In this document: in pieces, positions 46,143-56,431 of the stretch
Position numbering within the stretch: the stretch's first letter is position 1
How the letters are laid out: the number at the start of each line of letters is the position of its first letter
Source of the DNA: an uncultured Bacillota bacterium
GTDB taxonomy: Bacteria > Bacillota > Clostridia > Christensenellales > UBA1242
Length of the DNA stretch: 64,000 nucleotides
Direction of reading: 5' to 3'
NCBI GenBank assembly: GCA_900551705.1
Contig: URWY01000001.1
Coordinates: 22,273 to 86,272 of the forward strand
Notes under the pieces: generated by a model
Database searches by the model: none
What the model was told of the DNA's origin: nothing
The model's input: only the letters and a program-made list of their open reading frames with translations
Translations under genes and position numbers: made by a program

Positions 46143-46164
46143 TAGCACATCTAAAAGGAAAGTT

Positions 46165-46494
46165 ATGAAAAAAGAAATTGTTAAAATCGTTTTACCTTAT
46201 GCAGTTTTGAATAAAGAAACATATATAAACGAAGCAAAAGAAATTGAAATTGCAAACAACGAAAAACATGTTTTAAATATCTTCACAAACAGCACAAAAG
46301 TTAATGCATTCATAGATGCTATCATTGCAACAGGAAAAGTAAGTGCAGAACAAAGAAAAGAACATTTTGCAAAAGATATGAAAAAAATTAGAAATCAAAG
46401 CGAAGAAGTTGTTTCAGTTTTGGGCAGTGCTGCTTCATATCCAGTTGCAAAAAACAAATCTATGATTGTTGTTGAAGAAGAAAATTGTCAATAA
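46165..46494 (+). CDS. Hypothetical protein (109 aa)
   Basis: Consensus promoter and AAGGAAAG SD upstream, hairpin terminator downstream (about 46516-46540). No motif recognised. Confidence 0.5.
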   Translation: MKKEIVKIVLPYAVLNKETYINEAKEIEIANNEKHVLNIFTNSTKVNAFIDAIIATGKVSAEQRKEHFAKDMKKIRNQSEEVVSVLGSAASYPVAKNKSMIVVEEENCQ

Positions 46495-46606
46495 ATTTAA
46501 AATTTGCATAATTAAATGGTGGCATTGCCACCATTTTTCAATTTAAAAAGCAAATCGCTTGTAAAAATTGACTATTTTTGCAATAATTAGGTTAATCGGA
46601 GAAAAT

Positions 46607-47635
46607 ATGGAAATTGTTATTGATGCTTTTGGGGGAGATAATGCTCCTGGGGAAATCGTTAAAGGTGCAGTTGAATTTTTAAATGGTTATAAAGATAAAA
46701 ATCTTCAAATTTGTTTATGTGGCGATGAAGCCAAAGTAAACAAGGAACTTGAAAATTTGAAATATAGCGGTAACCAAATTGTCGTTTTTCATGCACCTGA
46801 TATTATCACAAATGACGATGTTCCAACAAAAGCAATTAAAGAAAAAACTGATTCGTCACTCGCAAAATGTTTTGATATTTTAAGGCATGACGAAGATTGT
46901 ATCGGATTGATTTCTGCTGGTTCAACGGGAGCAATTTTGGCGGGCGGATTTTTAAAAATTGGTAGGATAAAAGGTGTTTCAAGGCCAGCACTTGCTCCAT
47001 TTATGCCAACAAAAACTGGCAGCCAAGTTTTGCTTATTGATTGCGGTGCAAATATGGACGCAAACGCATTGAATTTGTGTCATTTTGCCGCTATGGGCAG
47101 TGCATATTACACATGCATGACTAAAAAAGAAAATCCGAGAGTTGCTCTTTTGAATGTTGGAACAGAAAATCATAAAGGTGATGAACTTTCAAAAGAAGTT
47201 TTTCCAATGCTTCAAAAAATGAATATTAATTTCGTTGGAAATATGGAAGCAAGAGATATTATGAGTGGCAAGTATGATGTTGTTGTTGCCGATGGCTTTT
47301 CTGGAAATGTGCTTTTAAAATCAACGGAAGGCGCATTAAAACTCATGATTGATGAACTTAAAAATATGTTTATGCAAAATGTTTTTACCAAACTTGGTGC
47401 TTTAACTATGAGAAAAAGTATCAAAAAAATGAAAAAAATTTATGATTTTGATGCTTATGGTGGTTCTCCATTTTTGGGTTGCAAAAAAATAATTATAAAA
47501 TCGCATGGTTCTTCAAAATCTGCTGCGATTGTTGCGTCTATCAATCAAATTTTAGCTCTTTACAAAAATCAAATTAATGATATAATAGAAAATAGTGTTA
47601 AAGATGTAACGCTGGATAACTTACAAAACGCTTAG
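46607..47635 (+). CDS. plsX: Phosphate acyltransferase PlsX
   Basis: 'MEIVIDAFGGDNAP', 'SAGSTGA', 'VADGFSGNVLLK'. Start at ATG 46607 rather than the track's 46568. Confidence 0.9.
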   Translation: MEIVIDAFGGDNAPGEIVKGAVEFLNGYKDKNLQICLCGDEAKVNKELENLKYSGNQIVVFHAPDIITNDDVPTKAIKEKTDSSLAKCFDILRHDEDCIGLISAGSTGAILAGGFLKIGRIKGVSRPALAPFMPTKTGSQVLLIDCGANMDANALNLCHFAAMGSAYYTCMTKKENPRVALLNVGTENHKGDELSKEVFPMLQKMNINFVGNMEARDIMSGKYDVVVADGFSGNVLLKSTEGALKLMIDELKNMFMQNVFTKLGALTMRKSIKKMKKIYDFDAYGGSPFLGCKKIIIKSHGSSKSAAIVASINQILALYKNQINDIIENSVKDVTLDNLQNA

Positions 47636-47643
47636 GAGAAATT

Positions 47644-48279
47644 ATGGCTGAAATATTCAATATTTCTAAGGAAGATTCTGACAGATGGCATGCAAAAAAG
47701 GCCGTTGACAAGTTTTTGGATAGCAATAAAATGTATTCGCATTTAGGTGTAGATATCTTCATGATTCCAGAGTTTATGAATATGAGACTCGGTGTGATGT
47801 TGAGAGCAGATAACATTTACGCAGCGATGGATAATTATGATGGTAAAGTAAAAATTACTATTGCTGTTGGTGACGAAATAGACAGAAAAGCAGCACTTGC
47901 GCTTGGATATTGTTTGGCAGTTGATTTTTATAATAAACAAGAGATTGAAAATAAAATCAAAAACTATGAAAGAACTTTTGCTGAAACATATTTAGACGAA
48001 AATGGCAATATAAGTAAAACAACTTTTATGTTTTTGGGCGAAAAAACTTGCAGAAAACTCATGTCTATGGACGATGAAATGAAAAAAGAGGTCGTTCAAA
48101 AAGTTGTAGAAAATAATTACGGAACTTATTCTTGTGCATTGAATGATGACTTTATGGAAAATAATGATCCATTAACTAAAAAGTATAGATATTTTGCGGA
48201 AGAACTTGTTTCGCGCGATTGCACAAATAGATTTTTGCCAGATAAAAATCAAAACAAAAATCAAGAATATGAATTTTAA
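47644..48279 (+). CDS. Hypothetical protein (211 aa)
   Basis: AGGAG SD. 8 nt after plsX. No motif recognised. Confidence 0.5.
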   Translation: MAEIFNISKEDSDRWHAKKAVDKFLDSNKMYSHLGVDIFMIPEFMNMRLGVMLRADNIYAAMDNYDGKVKITIAVGDEIDRKAALALGYCLAVDFYNKQEIENKIKNYERTFAETYLDENGNISKTTFMFLGEKTCRKLMSMDDEMKKEVVQKVVENNYGTYSCALNDDFMENNDPLTKKYRYFAEELVSRDCTNRFLPDKNQNKNQEYEF

Positions 48280-48299
48280 AATTCACTTTAAAAACACTT

Positions 48300-48413
48300 G
48301 ACAACAAGTGTTTTTTATGTTAAATTTACCATGTTACCGCGTTGAAGTGGTTTTTTAAGTTATGGCAAAAGTCATCACCATAAAAGCGAGTCTGGTTAGA
48401 GGAGGTACTTGTA
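48300..48413 (+). promoter_or_regulatory. Promoter plus structured 5' leader of rplU (possible L21-leader-type element)
   Basis: TTGACA-17-TAAATT at about 48298-48326, followed by about 85 nt containing hairpins (for example tatgg...ccata) before a GAGGAGG SD. Firmicutes rplU operons commonly carry an L21 leader. The fold was not verified. Confidence 0.3.
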
Positions 48414-48719
48414 ATGTTTGCAATAGTTGAAACTGGCGGAAAGCAATACAAAGTTGAAGAAGGTCAATTCATTGAAGTTGAAAAATTAGAACGCAATGTT
48501 GGCGATAAAATCAATTTGAATGTATTGTTAGTTTCCGATGGTGAAAATGTAAAAGCGGGCAGTCCTTATGTTGAAGGCTGCACAGTTGAAGCCGAAGTTG
48601 TTGAACATGGTAAAGGAGACAAAATTGTTGTTTTCAAATACAAAGCTAAGAAAAATGTTCGCAGAAAACAAGGTCATAGACAACCATATACAAAATTGAA
48701 AATAACGGCTATTAAGTAA
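48414..48719 (+). CDS. rplU: 50S ribosomal protein L21
   Basis: '[18 protein letters not shown]...[14 protein letters not shown]'. Confidence 0.95.
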   Translation: MFAIVETGGKQYKVEEGQFIEVEKLERNVGDKINLNVLLVSDGENVKAGSPYVEGCTVEAEVVEHGKGDKIVVFKYKAKKNVRRKQGHRQPYTKLKITAIK

Positions 48720-48720
48720 G

Positions 48721-49062
48721 ATGATAAATTTAGTTTTTAAAGAAAAGAATAATTTGATAATTGGCTTCACTTGTAATGGTCATGCAGGCTATGCTAGCAG
48801 TGGGGAAGACATTGTTTGTGCGGCGATTTCATCGCTTGTGCAAAACGCAGAGATTTGCCTTTCCGAAGTTATGAATATCAAATTAAATGTGCAAAGAAAT
48901 GATAAAAACGCAAAGTTTGATTTAACTTTTGCAAAAAATGTTTCAGAAAACGAAATTATAAATGCTCAAAACATTTTGAAAGCATTAAAAATATCATCAC
49001 AAAGAATTGAAAAAGAATATAAAAAATATTTAAAAGTGGAGGTCGAAAATGAAATTATTTAA
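48721..49062 (+). CDS. prp: Ribosomal-processing cysteine protease Prp
   Basis: 113 aa, located between rplU and rpmA. '[20 protein letters not shown]'. Confidence 0.85.
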   Translation: MINLVFKEKNNLIIGFTCNGHAGYASSGEDIVCAAISSLVQNAEICLSEVMNIKLNVQRNDKNAKFDLTFAKNVSENEIINAQNILKALKISSQRIEKEYKKYLKVEVENEII

Positions 49063-49330
49063 TATTCAACTTTTCGCTCACAAAAAGGGTGGCGGTTCAA
49101 CTAAGAACGGCAGAGATAGTAATTCAAAACGCCTTGGCGTTAAAGCAGCAGATGGTCAATTTGTATTGGCTGGCTCAATAATTATCCGTCAAAGAGGAAC
49201 CAAAGTATATCCAGGTAAAAATGTTGGACTTGGAAAAGACTACACTCTATTTGCGCTTACAGATGGAAAAGTTAAGTTTGAAAAGAGCGGATGCAAAAAA
49301 TTAGTAAGCATCTGCGAAGTAGCAGAATAA
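49049..49330 (+). CDS. rpmA: 50S ribosomal protein L27 (with Prp-cleavable N-terminal extension)
   Basis: '...[25 protein letters not shown]'. Confidence 0.95.
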   Translation: MKLFNIQLFAHKKGGGSTKNGRDSNSKRLGVKAADGQFVLAGSIIIRQRGTKVYPGKNVGLGKDYTLFALTDGKVKFEKSGCKKLVSICEVAE

Positions 49331-49348
49331 AAATGGAGGAAAGCATAT

Positions 49349-49528
49349 ATGAGTAAAGTATGTGAAATCTGCGGAAGAGGCAAAATGTCAGGCCATGTTG
49401 TTAGCCATAGTAATAGAAAAGCAAACAGAACATGGGACATCAATCTTCAACAGACAACAATCGTAGAAGACGGAAAAGAAAAGAAAGTTAAAGCATGCAC
49501 AAAATGCATCAAAACAAATAGAAAATAA
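49349..49528 (+). CDS. rpmB: 50S ribosomal protein L28 (59 aa; below the ORF-track size cutoff)
   Basis: My own translation gives MSKVCEICGRGKMSGHVVSHSNRKANRTWDINLQQTTIVEDGKEKKVKACTKCIKTNRK. GGAGGAAAG SD upstream, hairpin terminator downstream. Confidence 0.85.
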   Translation: MSKVCEICGRGKMSGHVVSHSNRKANRTWDINLQQTTIVEDGKEKKVKACTKCIKTNRK

Positions 49529-49599
49529 TTAAAAAACACCTTAAATTAGGTGTTTTTTCTTTTTTAATAATAATTTATTAATTGCAAAAAATAAGAGCA

Positions 49600-50166
49600 A
49601 TGGAAAGTTTATATTTATTGTTTCTTATTTTTTTTATAATTTTATTAATAATCCCGCTTGGTTTTAAGGGAAAATGTTTTTACAGTTTAAAAACAAATCA
49701 TGGCGTAATTGCAATAAAATTATGGGGCATTAAAATTATCAATTTGAAAATTAAAATTAAAGGCAATCAAATTTTGATTATTAAAAACCATAAGCGTAGC
49801 AAAGACGAAATTGCTGTGGGTGAACCAGAACTTAAATTTTTACGCTTTTTTAATGATGAGATAAAAGACAAAATCAAACTCCGCTCACTTAATTGCTATA
49901 TGCGTGTTGGACTAGAAAATCCTTTCTACTCTGCAATACTATCCAGTGGGGTAAGTGATTTTATCTTGGGCGTTTTTGCGTATATAAAAAACAAGCGCCC
50001 ATCAGCGTCTTGCAACCTTGTTACTCATACAAGTTTTACTGAAAATAATTTTATTTTATGTTTTAATGTTAGAATGTCCATTTCAATTTTAGATGTAATT
50101 TATTCAATTATAATTGCGATTTTGCGAACTCGCACAGACAGGTTAATTGAAAGAAAAATACAATAA
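49600..50166 (+). CDS. Membrane protein, YtfI/DUF2953-like (tentative, by synteny with ytfJ)
   Basis: N-terminal TM helix 'LYLLFLIFFIILLIIPLGF'. Located upstream of a YtfJ/GerW homologue. Start uncertain. Confidence 0.4.
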   Translation: MESLYLLFLIFFIILLIIPLGFKGKCFYSLKTNHGVIAIKLWGIKIINLKIKIKGNQILIIKNHKRSKDEIAVGEPELKFLRFFNDEIKDKIKLRSLNCYMRVGLENPFYSAILSSGVSDFILGVFAYIKNKRPSASCNLVTHTSFTENNFILCFNVRMSISILDVIYSIIIAILRTRTDRLIERKIQ

Positions 50167-50286
50167 AAATTAATAAAAAATGCGATTTTTATTACATTTT
50201 TTAATTATTTTTTAATATTTTTAAATTTATTTAATAAAAAATCGAAAAATAATCAAACTATTTTTTGAAAAATTTTTGGAGTTTTT

Positions 50287-50679
50287 ATGAAAGAATATGA
50301 AAAGAATAGTTCAATAAAAAATTTAATTGCAGAAACAATGGATAATTTGCAATCGCTTACAAGTTCATCAACAATTTTTGGTGAAGCAAAAATATTGCCT
50401 GATGGGACGGCTATTATTCCTGTTTCAAAACTTACAATTGGCTTTGTTGTTGGTGGTGGAGAATATGCTGATTTAAGCACTCGCAGAGTTGGCACTTGTT
50501 ATCCAATGGCTGGTGGTTCGGGCGGTGGAATTTCGTCAACTCCTATTGGTTTCATTGTCAACACGCCAAATGAAATTAAATTTGTATCAACAGCAAATGC
50601 TGCGCTTATGGAAAATTTGATGGATAAGTTGACAAAATTGGGCGGATATTTAAAAAACAAAATGGATAATAAGGAGTAG
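50287..50679 (+). CDS. ytfJ: Sporulation protein YtfJ (GerW family)
   Basis: 'IFGEAKILPDGTAIIPVSKLTIGFVVGGGEY...AGGSGGGISSTPIGFIV'. Confidence 0.8.
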   Translation: MKEYEKNSSIKNLIAETMDNLQSLTSSSTIFGEAKILPDGTAIIPVSKLTIGFVVGGGEYADLSTRRVGTCYPMAGGSGGGISSTPIGFIVNTPNEIKFVSTANAALMENLMDKLTKLGGYLKNKMDNKE

Positions 50680-50683
50680 AAAT

Positions 50684-51847
50684 ATGAATTTAAAAAACAA
50701 AAAATTGTTTGTATGTTGTTTAATAATTTTGTCAGTTATAATGCTTGCAAGTTTTTTATTTTCCGTTATTCTTGCATCAAAATCAAAAGTTTTTGCTGAC
50801 GGCGAATGCCCCGCAAAAGCAATGGTGGTTATTGAAGCATCAACTGGCAGAGTTTTGGAAGAGAAAAACAAGGACGATAGACTTGCAATGGCGAGCACAA
50901 CTAAAATCATGACTGCTCTTGTAACTTGCAAAAACACGAAAAATTTTGATGAAGTTGTAACTATTCACGATAATGCAATTGGGATTGAAGGGACAAGCAT
51001 GTATCTCAGAAAGGGCGAAAAGTTGACAGTTAAAGAACTTTTGTTTGGGCTAATGTTGCCATCAGGAAATGACGCTGCAATGGCTCTTGCTTATCATATA
51101 GGTGGCAGTGAAGAAAAGTTTGTGGAAATGATGAACGCTCAGGCTAGCGAACTTGGACTTAAAAACACTCATTTTGCAAATCCTCATGGACTTGATGCTG
51201 ACGGACATTACACATCGGCTTTTGACCTTGCACTTATAACTGCCGAGGGTATGAAAAATGATATGTTTAGGGAAATAATCGCAACAAAAAATGTTAGAGT
51301 AACTGGAAGCAAGGAAAACGAGCCAAGATTGTTATCAAATAAAAACAGACTTTTAAAAACTCTTGATGGTTGCACAGGCGTTAAAACGGGTTTTACAGAT
51401 AATGCAGGCAGGTGTTTTGTTTGTTCATGTACTCGCGATGGAATGACGCTTATTTCTGTTGTTTTAAATTGTGGACCAATGTTTGAAGAAAGTGCAAGGC
51501 TTATGAATTTGTGCTTTAAAAAATTTAAAATGCACGAGCTTTTAGAACCTTATGCACAAGGTGATAGCATTTTAGTAACGAACGGCGACCAAGAATTTGT
51601 TCAAACGGTGACAAAACATGGTTTTAGTTATCCATTGACTGATGAAGAATATCAAAGCGTAAAAATTGTGAGAAATCAACCTGAAAATTTAGATGCTCCA
51701 GTTGTTAAAGAACAAAAAATCGGCGAAATTGAAATTTATTTAGATAAAGATTTGCTTTTTAAAGAAAATATATATACAATGGAAAATGTTAAATCCATAA
51801 AATATCTTGATAAGATTTGGGAAATCGTTGACCAATGGAATATTTAA
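50684..51847 (+). CDS. D-alanyl-D-alanine carboxypeptidase (PBP5/DacB-type)
   Basis: SxxK 'ASTTKIMT', 'SGND', 'KTGFT'. Signal or anchor at the N-terminus. Confidence 0.85.
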   Translation: MNLKNKKLFVCCLIILSVIMLASFLFSVILASKSKVFADGECPAKAMVVIEASTGRVLEEKNKDDRLAMASTTKIMTALVTCKNTKNFDEVVTIHDNAIGIEGTSMYLRKGEKLTVKELLFGLMLPSGNDAAMALAYHIGGSEEKFVEMMNAQASELGLKNTHFANPHGLDADGHYTSAFDLALITAEGMKNDMFREIIATKNVRVTGSKENEPRLLSNKNRLLKTLDGCTGVKTGFTDNAGRCFVCSCTRDGMTLISVVLNCGPMFEESARLMNLCFKKFKMHELLEPYAQGDSILVTNGDQEFVQTVTKHGFSYPLTDEEYQSVKIVRNQPENLDAPVVKEQKIGEIEIYLDKDLLFKENIYTMENVKSIKYLDKIWEIVDQWNI

Positions 51848-51863
51848 CTTTTAAGGACAAAAG

Positions 51864-52583
51864 ATGAGATTAAATAAATTTTTAAGTAGTGCAGGTGTTG
51901 CATCTCGTAGAAAATGTGACGAACTTATTTCACAAGGGAAAATAACAGTAAACGGGAAAGTCATAACTGAACTTGGAACAATTATTGACGAAAAAAAAGA
52001 CAAAGTTTTGGCTTTTGGAGAGCCAGTTTCTTTGCAAAATGAGTTTATATATTTGAAATTGCATAAGCCAAAAGGATATATTTGTTCCGCTTCTGACGAA
52101 AAAGGCCGTAAAACCATATATGAGCTTTTGCCAAAAGAACATAGGCTATTTTCAATAGGTAGGTTAGACTACAATACAGAAGGTTTGATTTTGGTTACAA
52201 ACGATGGAGATTTTGCAAAAGCAATGTCGCACCCATCTTTTGAAATTGAAAAGGAATATGTTGTTACGATTGAAGGTAGAATTTCTGAAAGCGAACTTGC
52301 GGTTATGCGTGCTGGCGTTGTTGAAAAAGGGGAAAGGTTGCCAAAAGCAAAAGTTACTCCAATAAAATTTGATGGCAAATTAACAAGGCTTTCTGTTGTA
52401 ATTGACGAAGGTAAAAACAGGCAAATTAGGCGTATGTTTGAAGCAATAAATAAAAATATCGTGCTATTAAAACGAGTATCGGTTGGCCCATTTTTGCTTG
52501 GCGGACTTGTTAGAGGTAAATATAAAGAATTCACAAAAGAAGAACTCGGGCTTGTTGAAGAAATCAAAAATTATATAATTTAA
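51864..52583 (+). CDS. rluB: Pseudouridine synthase (RsuA/RluB family, S4 domain)
   Basis: 'MRLNKFLSSAGVASRRK' S4 domain. Catalytic 'GRLDYNTEGL'. Confidence 0.8.
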   Translation: MRLNKFLSSAGVASRRKCDELISQGKITVNGKVITELGTIIDEKKDKVLAFGEPVSLQNEFIYLKLHKPKGYICSASDEKGRKTIYELLPKEHRLFSIGRLDYNTEGLILVTNDGDFAKAMSHPSFEIEKEYVVTIEGRISESELAVMRAGVVEKGERLPKAKVTPIKFDGKLTRLSVVIDEGKNRQIRRMFEAINKNIVLLKRVSVGPFLLGGLVRGKYKEFTKEELGLVEEIKNYII

Positions 52584-52615
52584 TTAAAAAAACATGCGAT
52601 TTTGCATGTTTTTTA

Positions 52616-53311
52616 TTATTTACAGAATTTAACTTCGATTTTTGCTTCTATTTGTAAACTACCTTTTACAATAGATTCTTTATTTGCTCTTGCTAAAACA
52701 AATGCTGAATCTCTGTAAATTTCATTTGAATATAAACTCTTTTCTTCAATTTTACACACGCTCAAATTTTCATCGGTAAGAGATTCCATTTTTGACTTTG
52801 CATTTTCTAAGGCAAGTTTTAACGCTTTGTTATAATAGTTTTCTAGGTCTGAGCAAGTGAAGGTGATGCCGCCAAGTCTGTTCGCACCAAGGTCGGTAAG
52901 TTTCGTTAAAACTGAACTCAGATTTTGTAAATCAGTTGTTTTAAATTCCAAACTGTTGTCAACTTGGTAACCTAAAAATTTTTCGCCATCATTATAATTG
53001 TATCGTTGGTAAACTGAGTAATTTTTTGTTTGAATGTTTTCTTCTGTGATTCCTATTGATTTTAAATAATCAATTATTTTTGACATCGTTCCATTGTTTT
53101 CTTCAACTGCAACATTTATGTTCGTGTTTAAATTTTCAATTCCAACATTCACGACAGCAACATCAGGTGTTGCGTTGACAACTGCTGAGCCAAAAACGGT
53201 GATTTCTTTTGTGTTTGTATCTGCTTGCACTTTTCCTATCGGTTTGTTTATACAGAATATTGATAGTAGTAAAAGCAAAAAACAAATTGCTAAATTAAAA
53301 CCTTTTTGCAT
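52616..53311 (-). CDS. SIMPL/DUF541-family secreted protein
   Basis: Start ATG 53311 (MQKGFNLAICFLLLLLSIFC) after GGAGG. I recall the pattern 'ITVFGSAVVNATPDVAVVNVGIE' and the C-terminal 'GSLQIEAKIEVKF' as typical of the family. Confidence 0.6.
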   Translation of the reverse strand: MQKGFNLAICFLLLLLSIFCINKPIGKVQADTNTKEITVFGSAVVNATPDVAVVNVGIENLNTNINVAVEENNGTMSKIIDYLKSIGITEENIQTKNYSVYQRYNYNDGEKFLGYQVDNSLEFKTTDLQNLSSVLTKLTDLGANRLGGITFTCSDLENYYNKALKLALENAKSKMESLTDENLSVCKIEEKSLYSNEIYRDSAFVLARANKESIVKGSLQIEAKIEVKFCK

Positions 53312-53382
53312 AAAAACCTCCATTTACTACTTTGTGTAAATGAATAATTTTTATTAAAAAATCACCTAAAAAGGTGATTTTG

Positions 53383-53916
53383 TTATTTTATGAAATCAAA
53401 ATCGTTCATCTTGTCGTATCTTTCTTTCATTTTCTTTTCATCTTCACAAGAGATAAAAAGCTTGCCGTCTTCATCAACATAAGTTTTATATTTTGCTTTG
53501 ATGCTATCTGCAAGTTCTTTGTCTTTTTTATAATCTCTATCTTTTTTGACTTTTGAAGTTTTTTGCTGTTCGTCAAATGTTGTTGCAAGATTTTCCATCT
53601 TTTTAAGAATTTGTGTATTTAATGTGAAGTTTATGCCAAACCTTTCTGCTTCAAGATAAAGTTCTTGCAAACAGTCTGAGCCCCACCAAAGAGTGTTTGA
53701 AAGGTCGTTTAAATCTTTTTCAGTGACTTCATCATAAACAATTTTTGTGCTGTTGCAATTTATTATGTCAATATCATTTTGGAATTGCTGTGCGCGTTCT
53801 AAGTTGGTGTAAATACCAGAACAAGTTTGAGGGCAATCATTAAGATTTATTTGAGTTTTGCCATCATTCATTTCGTTGTCGTGAATTTCAATTACTAAAT
53901 AAAATTTTCTATTCAT
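53383..53916 (-). CDS. Hypothetical protein (177 aa)
   Basis: AGGAG SD. Flanked by terminators. No motif recognised. Confidence 0.5.
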   Translation of the reverse strand: MNRKFYLVIEIHDNEMNDGKTQINLNDCPQTCSGIYTNLERAQQFQNDIDIINCNSTKIVYDEVTEKDLNDLSNTLWWGSDCLQELYLEAERFGINFTLNTQILKKMENLATTFDEQQKTSKVKKDRDYKKDKELADSIKAKYKTYVDEDGKLFISCEDEKKMKERYDKMNDFDFIK

Positions 53917-54003
53917 AATAACTCCTTAATTAAAAATAATTATACATTATATTAAATTATATGTCAAGGCACAAAAAAACATCAATAAATGATGTTTTCT
54001 TAT

Positions 54004-54807
54004 TTATGCGCCTTCGATTAACATTTTATCTGCGACAAGAGCGATAAATTCGCCATTTGTTGGCTTTTCATTGCTGTTGTAAACGCGAAGTCCAAATAAT
54101 GAATTTATATTTTCAATTTTGCCTCTGTTCCAAGCGACTTCTATTGCGTGTCGAATTGCTCTTTCAACTTTGCTTGGACTTGTGTCAAATTTTTCTGCAA
54201 TAGCAGGATATAATTTCTTGGTTATTGAATTTATAATCTCAGGTGTTTCAATCGCGAGTTTAATTGCTTCTCTTAAAAAGTGATAACCTTTGATGTGGGC
54301 AGGGATACCAACCGTGATGAAAATGTTGGTTATCTTTTCTTCGGTTATTTTGGCTTTGTATTTTGCTGCAATATTTTCGCCAGAATTTTCATTTGACATA
54401 ATTGATGTTATTATTGGTTTATCAAGATTTGCAATTTCACTTAATCTATCAAGCAAAATCTTTTCGTCAACTGGCTTAATCATAAAATAACTAACTCCAA
54501 GTTGCATTGCTTTTGTTATAAAACCTTCGTGAGTAAGAGAACTTACAACAACAATCTTTGGCTTTTTAACAAGTGATGTTGAATTTTGAATATTTTCAAT
54601 AAGTGCAAAGCCGTCCAAACTCGGAAGCATAACATCCATGAGTAAAATATCTGGTGTGTTTTTCTTGATTTCGCTGAGCGTTTCAGCACCATCAGCACTT
54701 ACGCCAAGCACTTCAAATTTACTGTCCTTTTTAAATATTTCGGCAAGTTCTTTGCCTTGATTGCAATCTGCTATAAATAATGTTGTCTTATTATTTTGCG
54801 TTTCCAT
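54004..54807 (-). CDS. spo0A: Sporulation master regulator Spo0A
   Basis: Receiver domain plus the diagnostic C-terminal 'GIPAHIKGYHFLREAI...SKVERAIRHAIEVAWNRG...KPTNGEFIALVADKM'. Start ATG 54807 (METQNNK) with a GGAGGA SD. Confidence 0.95.
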   Translation of the reverse strand: METQNNKTTLFIADCNQGKELAEIFKKDSKFEVLGVSADGAETLSEIKKNTPDILLMDVMLPSLDGFALIENIQNSTSLVKKPKIVVVSSLTHEGFITKAMQLGVSYFMIKPVDEKILLDRLSEIANLDKPIITSIMSNENSGENIAAKYKAKITEEKITNIFITVGIPAHIKGYHFLREAIKLAIETPEIINSITKKLYPAIAEKFDTSPSKVERAIRHAIEVAWNRGKIENINSLFGLRVYNSNEKPTNGEFIALVADKMLIEGA

Positions 54808-54901
54808 TGTTCCTCCAAACTTAATCTTTTTGCTGACATAAAAATGGTAGCACAAACATAATTGAATAAATAGATTTTTTGGAAAATTAATTTGCAAATA
54901 T

Positions 54902-54957
54902 TATCGAAAAATTGGTGAAAGTGCAGTAATTTGTCGAAAATATTCAAAACATTCGAA
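54902..54957. promoter_or_regulatory. Cluster of 0A-box-like sites upstream of spo0A
   Basis: TGTCGAA (54932-54938, exact match to the TGNCGAA consensus), plus TATCGAA (54902-54908) and ATTCGAA (54951-54957), each followed by AAA. They lie 95-150 nt upstream of the spo0A start. Confidence 0.4.
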
Positions 54958-55098
54958 AAAAATAGTTTAAAAAATTAACTTTTTGATTTTTTTCTTTTAA
55001 AAAATTATTTAAAACAACAAATTTTGCATGTTAATTTGCTTGAAAATTTTAATTTAATGATTATAATAAAAATAATTACAATTTTTTGGAGAAAAACG

Positions 55099-56430
55099 AT
55101 GGAAAATATTGAAAAATTGATTACACAAGACAAATTAATAAAAAGCGGCGAAAGAATTGCTGTTGCTGTAAGCGGCGGGGAAGACAGCATGGCGCTTTTA
55201 ACATACCTTAATAATATCAAAGAAAAATATGATTTTGAATTGGTTGCTGTTACAGTTGATCATTGTCTTCGTGATGCAAGCGCATCAGATGCTTTTTTTG
55301 TTGTAAACTATTGCCGCGAACTTGGCATCAGAGCATATAAATTTAAAGTTGATGTAAAAAAACTTGCCATTGAAAATAATCAATCGCTTGAAACGGCTGC
55401 AAGAGAAGCAAGATATGGCATTTTTAAATCACTTATCAAAAAAGATATTGTAGATAAAATTGCACTTGCTCATCATATGGAAGACCAAGCAGAAACCGTT
55501 TTGCTCCATATTTTGCGCGGTTCTGGTGTTGGCGGAGCAAAAGGCATGCAAACTTTCAGTGAAGGCATCTATATCAGACCAATGCTTCAAACAACCAAAA
55601 ATGAAATCAGAAAATATATAAATTATTACGACATACCTTATGTTGAAGACGAAACAAACAAAGATTGCGAATTTTCAAGAAATTATATTAGAAATAAAAT
55701 TATGCCACTCATCAACAGTAAATGGCCAAATGCAGTGACTGCAATTAACAATTTTGCAAGTGCTTGCAAAGAAGATGACGACTACATAAAATCACAAATT
55801 ATTGATAATGCAATTTTTATGGAGAGCAAAAAGGTTGTTAAAATTCCAACATCATATTTTATTAACTCGCCAGCAATAACATCAAGAATGATTTTTAAAG
55901 CATTTAAAAAGATTGGTGTTGAAAAGGATATTGAAAGAAAACATATTGATTTAATCAGGGCACTTGCTTTGAATGGTCAAAATGGAAATAAAATCAAATT
56001 ACCAATGGACGTGACAGCGCTTAAAGAATACGATTTTGTTACGCTTTCAAACGAGCAAAAAGAAAAGAAAGTTGGTTCTTGGAGTTTCAAATGCGGAAGC
56101 ATAGATTTTCCAAATTTTGGAAAGGTCGTTGTTAAAAAATCAAGAGATTTAACAATAAATGAAAACGAATTGATTATTGATAGCAAAAAGTTGCCAGAAG
56201 ATGTTGAATGGCGCTATCGAAGAGAAGGTGATATCATCACAAAATTTGGTGGTGGCACACAAAAACTAAAAACATACTTTTCACAAAAGAAAATTCCTTT
56301 AAGGCAAAGGGAAGATTTGCCAGTGCTTGCAAGTTTAAACGAAGTTTATGTTGTTCCTGGCTATGGCATTTCTGATAAAGTAAAATTAGATGAAAACAGC
56401 AAAGTTGCATATATTATCAAAGTGAATTAA
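55099..56430 (+). CDS. tilS: tRNA(Ile)-lysidine synthase
   Basis: PP-loop 'IAVAVSGGEDSMAL'. Start ATG 55099 (MENIEKL). TilS C-terminal domain 'REGDIITKFGGGTQKLKTYF'. Confidence 0.85.
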   Translation: MENIEKLITQDKLIKSGERIAVAVSGGEDSMALLTYLNNIKEKYDFELVAVTVDHCLRDASASDAFFVVNYCRELGIRAYKFKVDVKKLAIENNQSLETAAREARYGIFKSLIKKDIVDKIALAHHMEDQAETVLLHILRGSGVGGAKGMQTFSEGIYIRPMLQTTKNEIRKYINYYDIPYVEDETNKDCEFSRNYIRNKIMPLINSKWPNAVTAINNFASACKEDDDYIKSQIIDNAIFMESKKVVKIPTSYFINSPAITSRMIFKAFKKIGVEKDIERKHIDLIRALALNGQNGNKIKLPMDVTALKEYDFVTLSNEQKEKKVGSWSFKCGSIDFPNFGKVVVKKSRDLTINENELIIDSKKLPEDVEWRYRREGDIITKFGGGTQKLKTYFSQKKIPLRQREDLPVLASLNEVYVVPGYGISDKVKLDENSKVAYIIKVN

Positions 56431-56431
56431 T

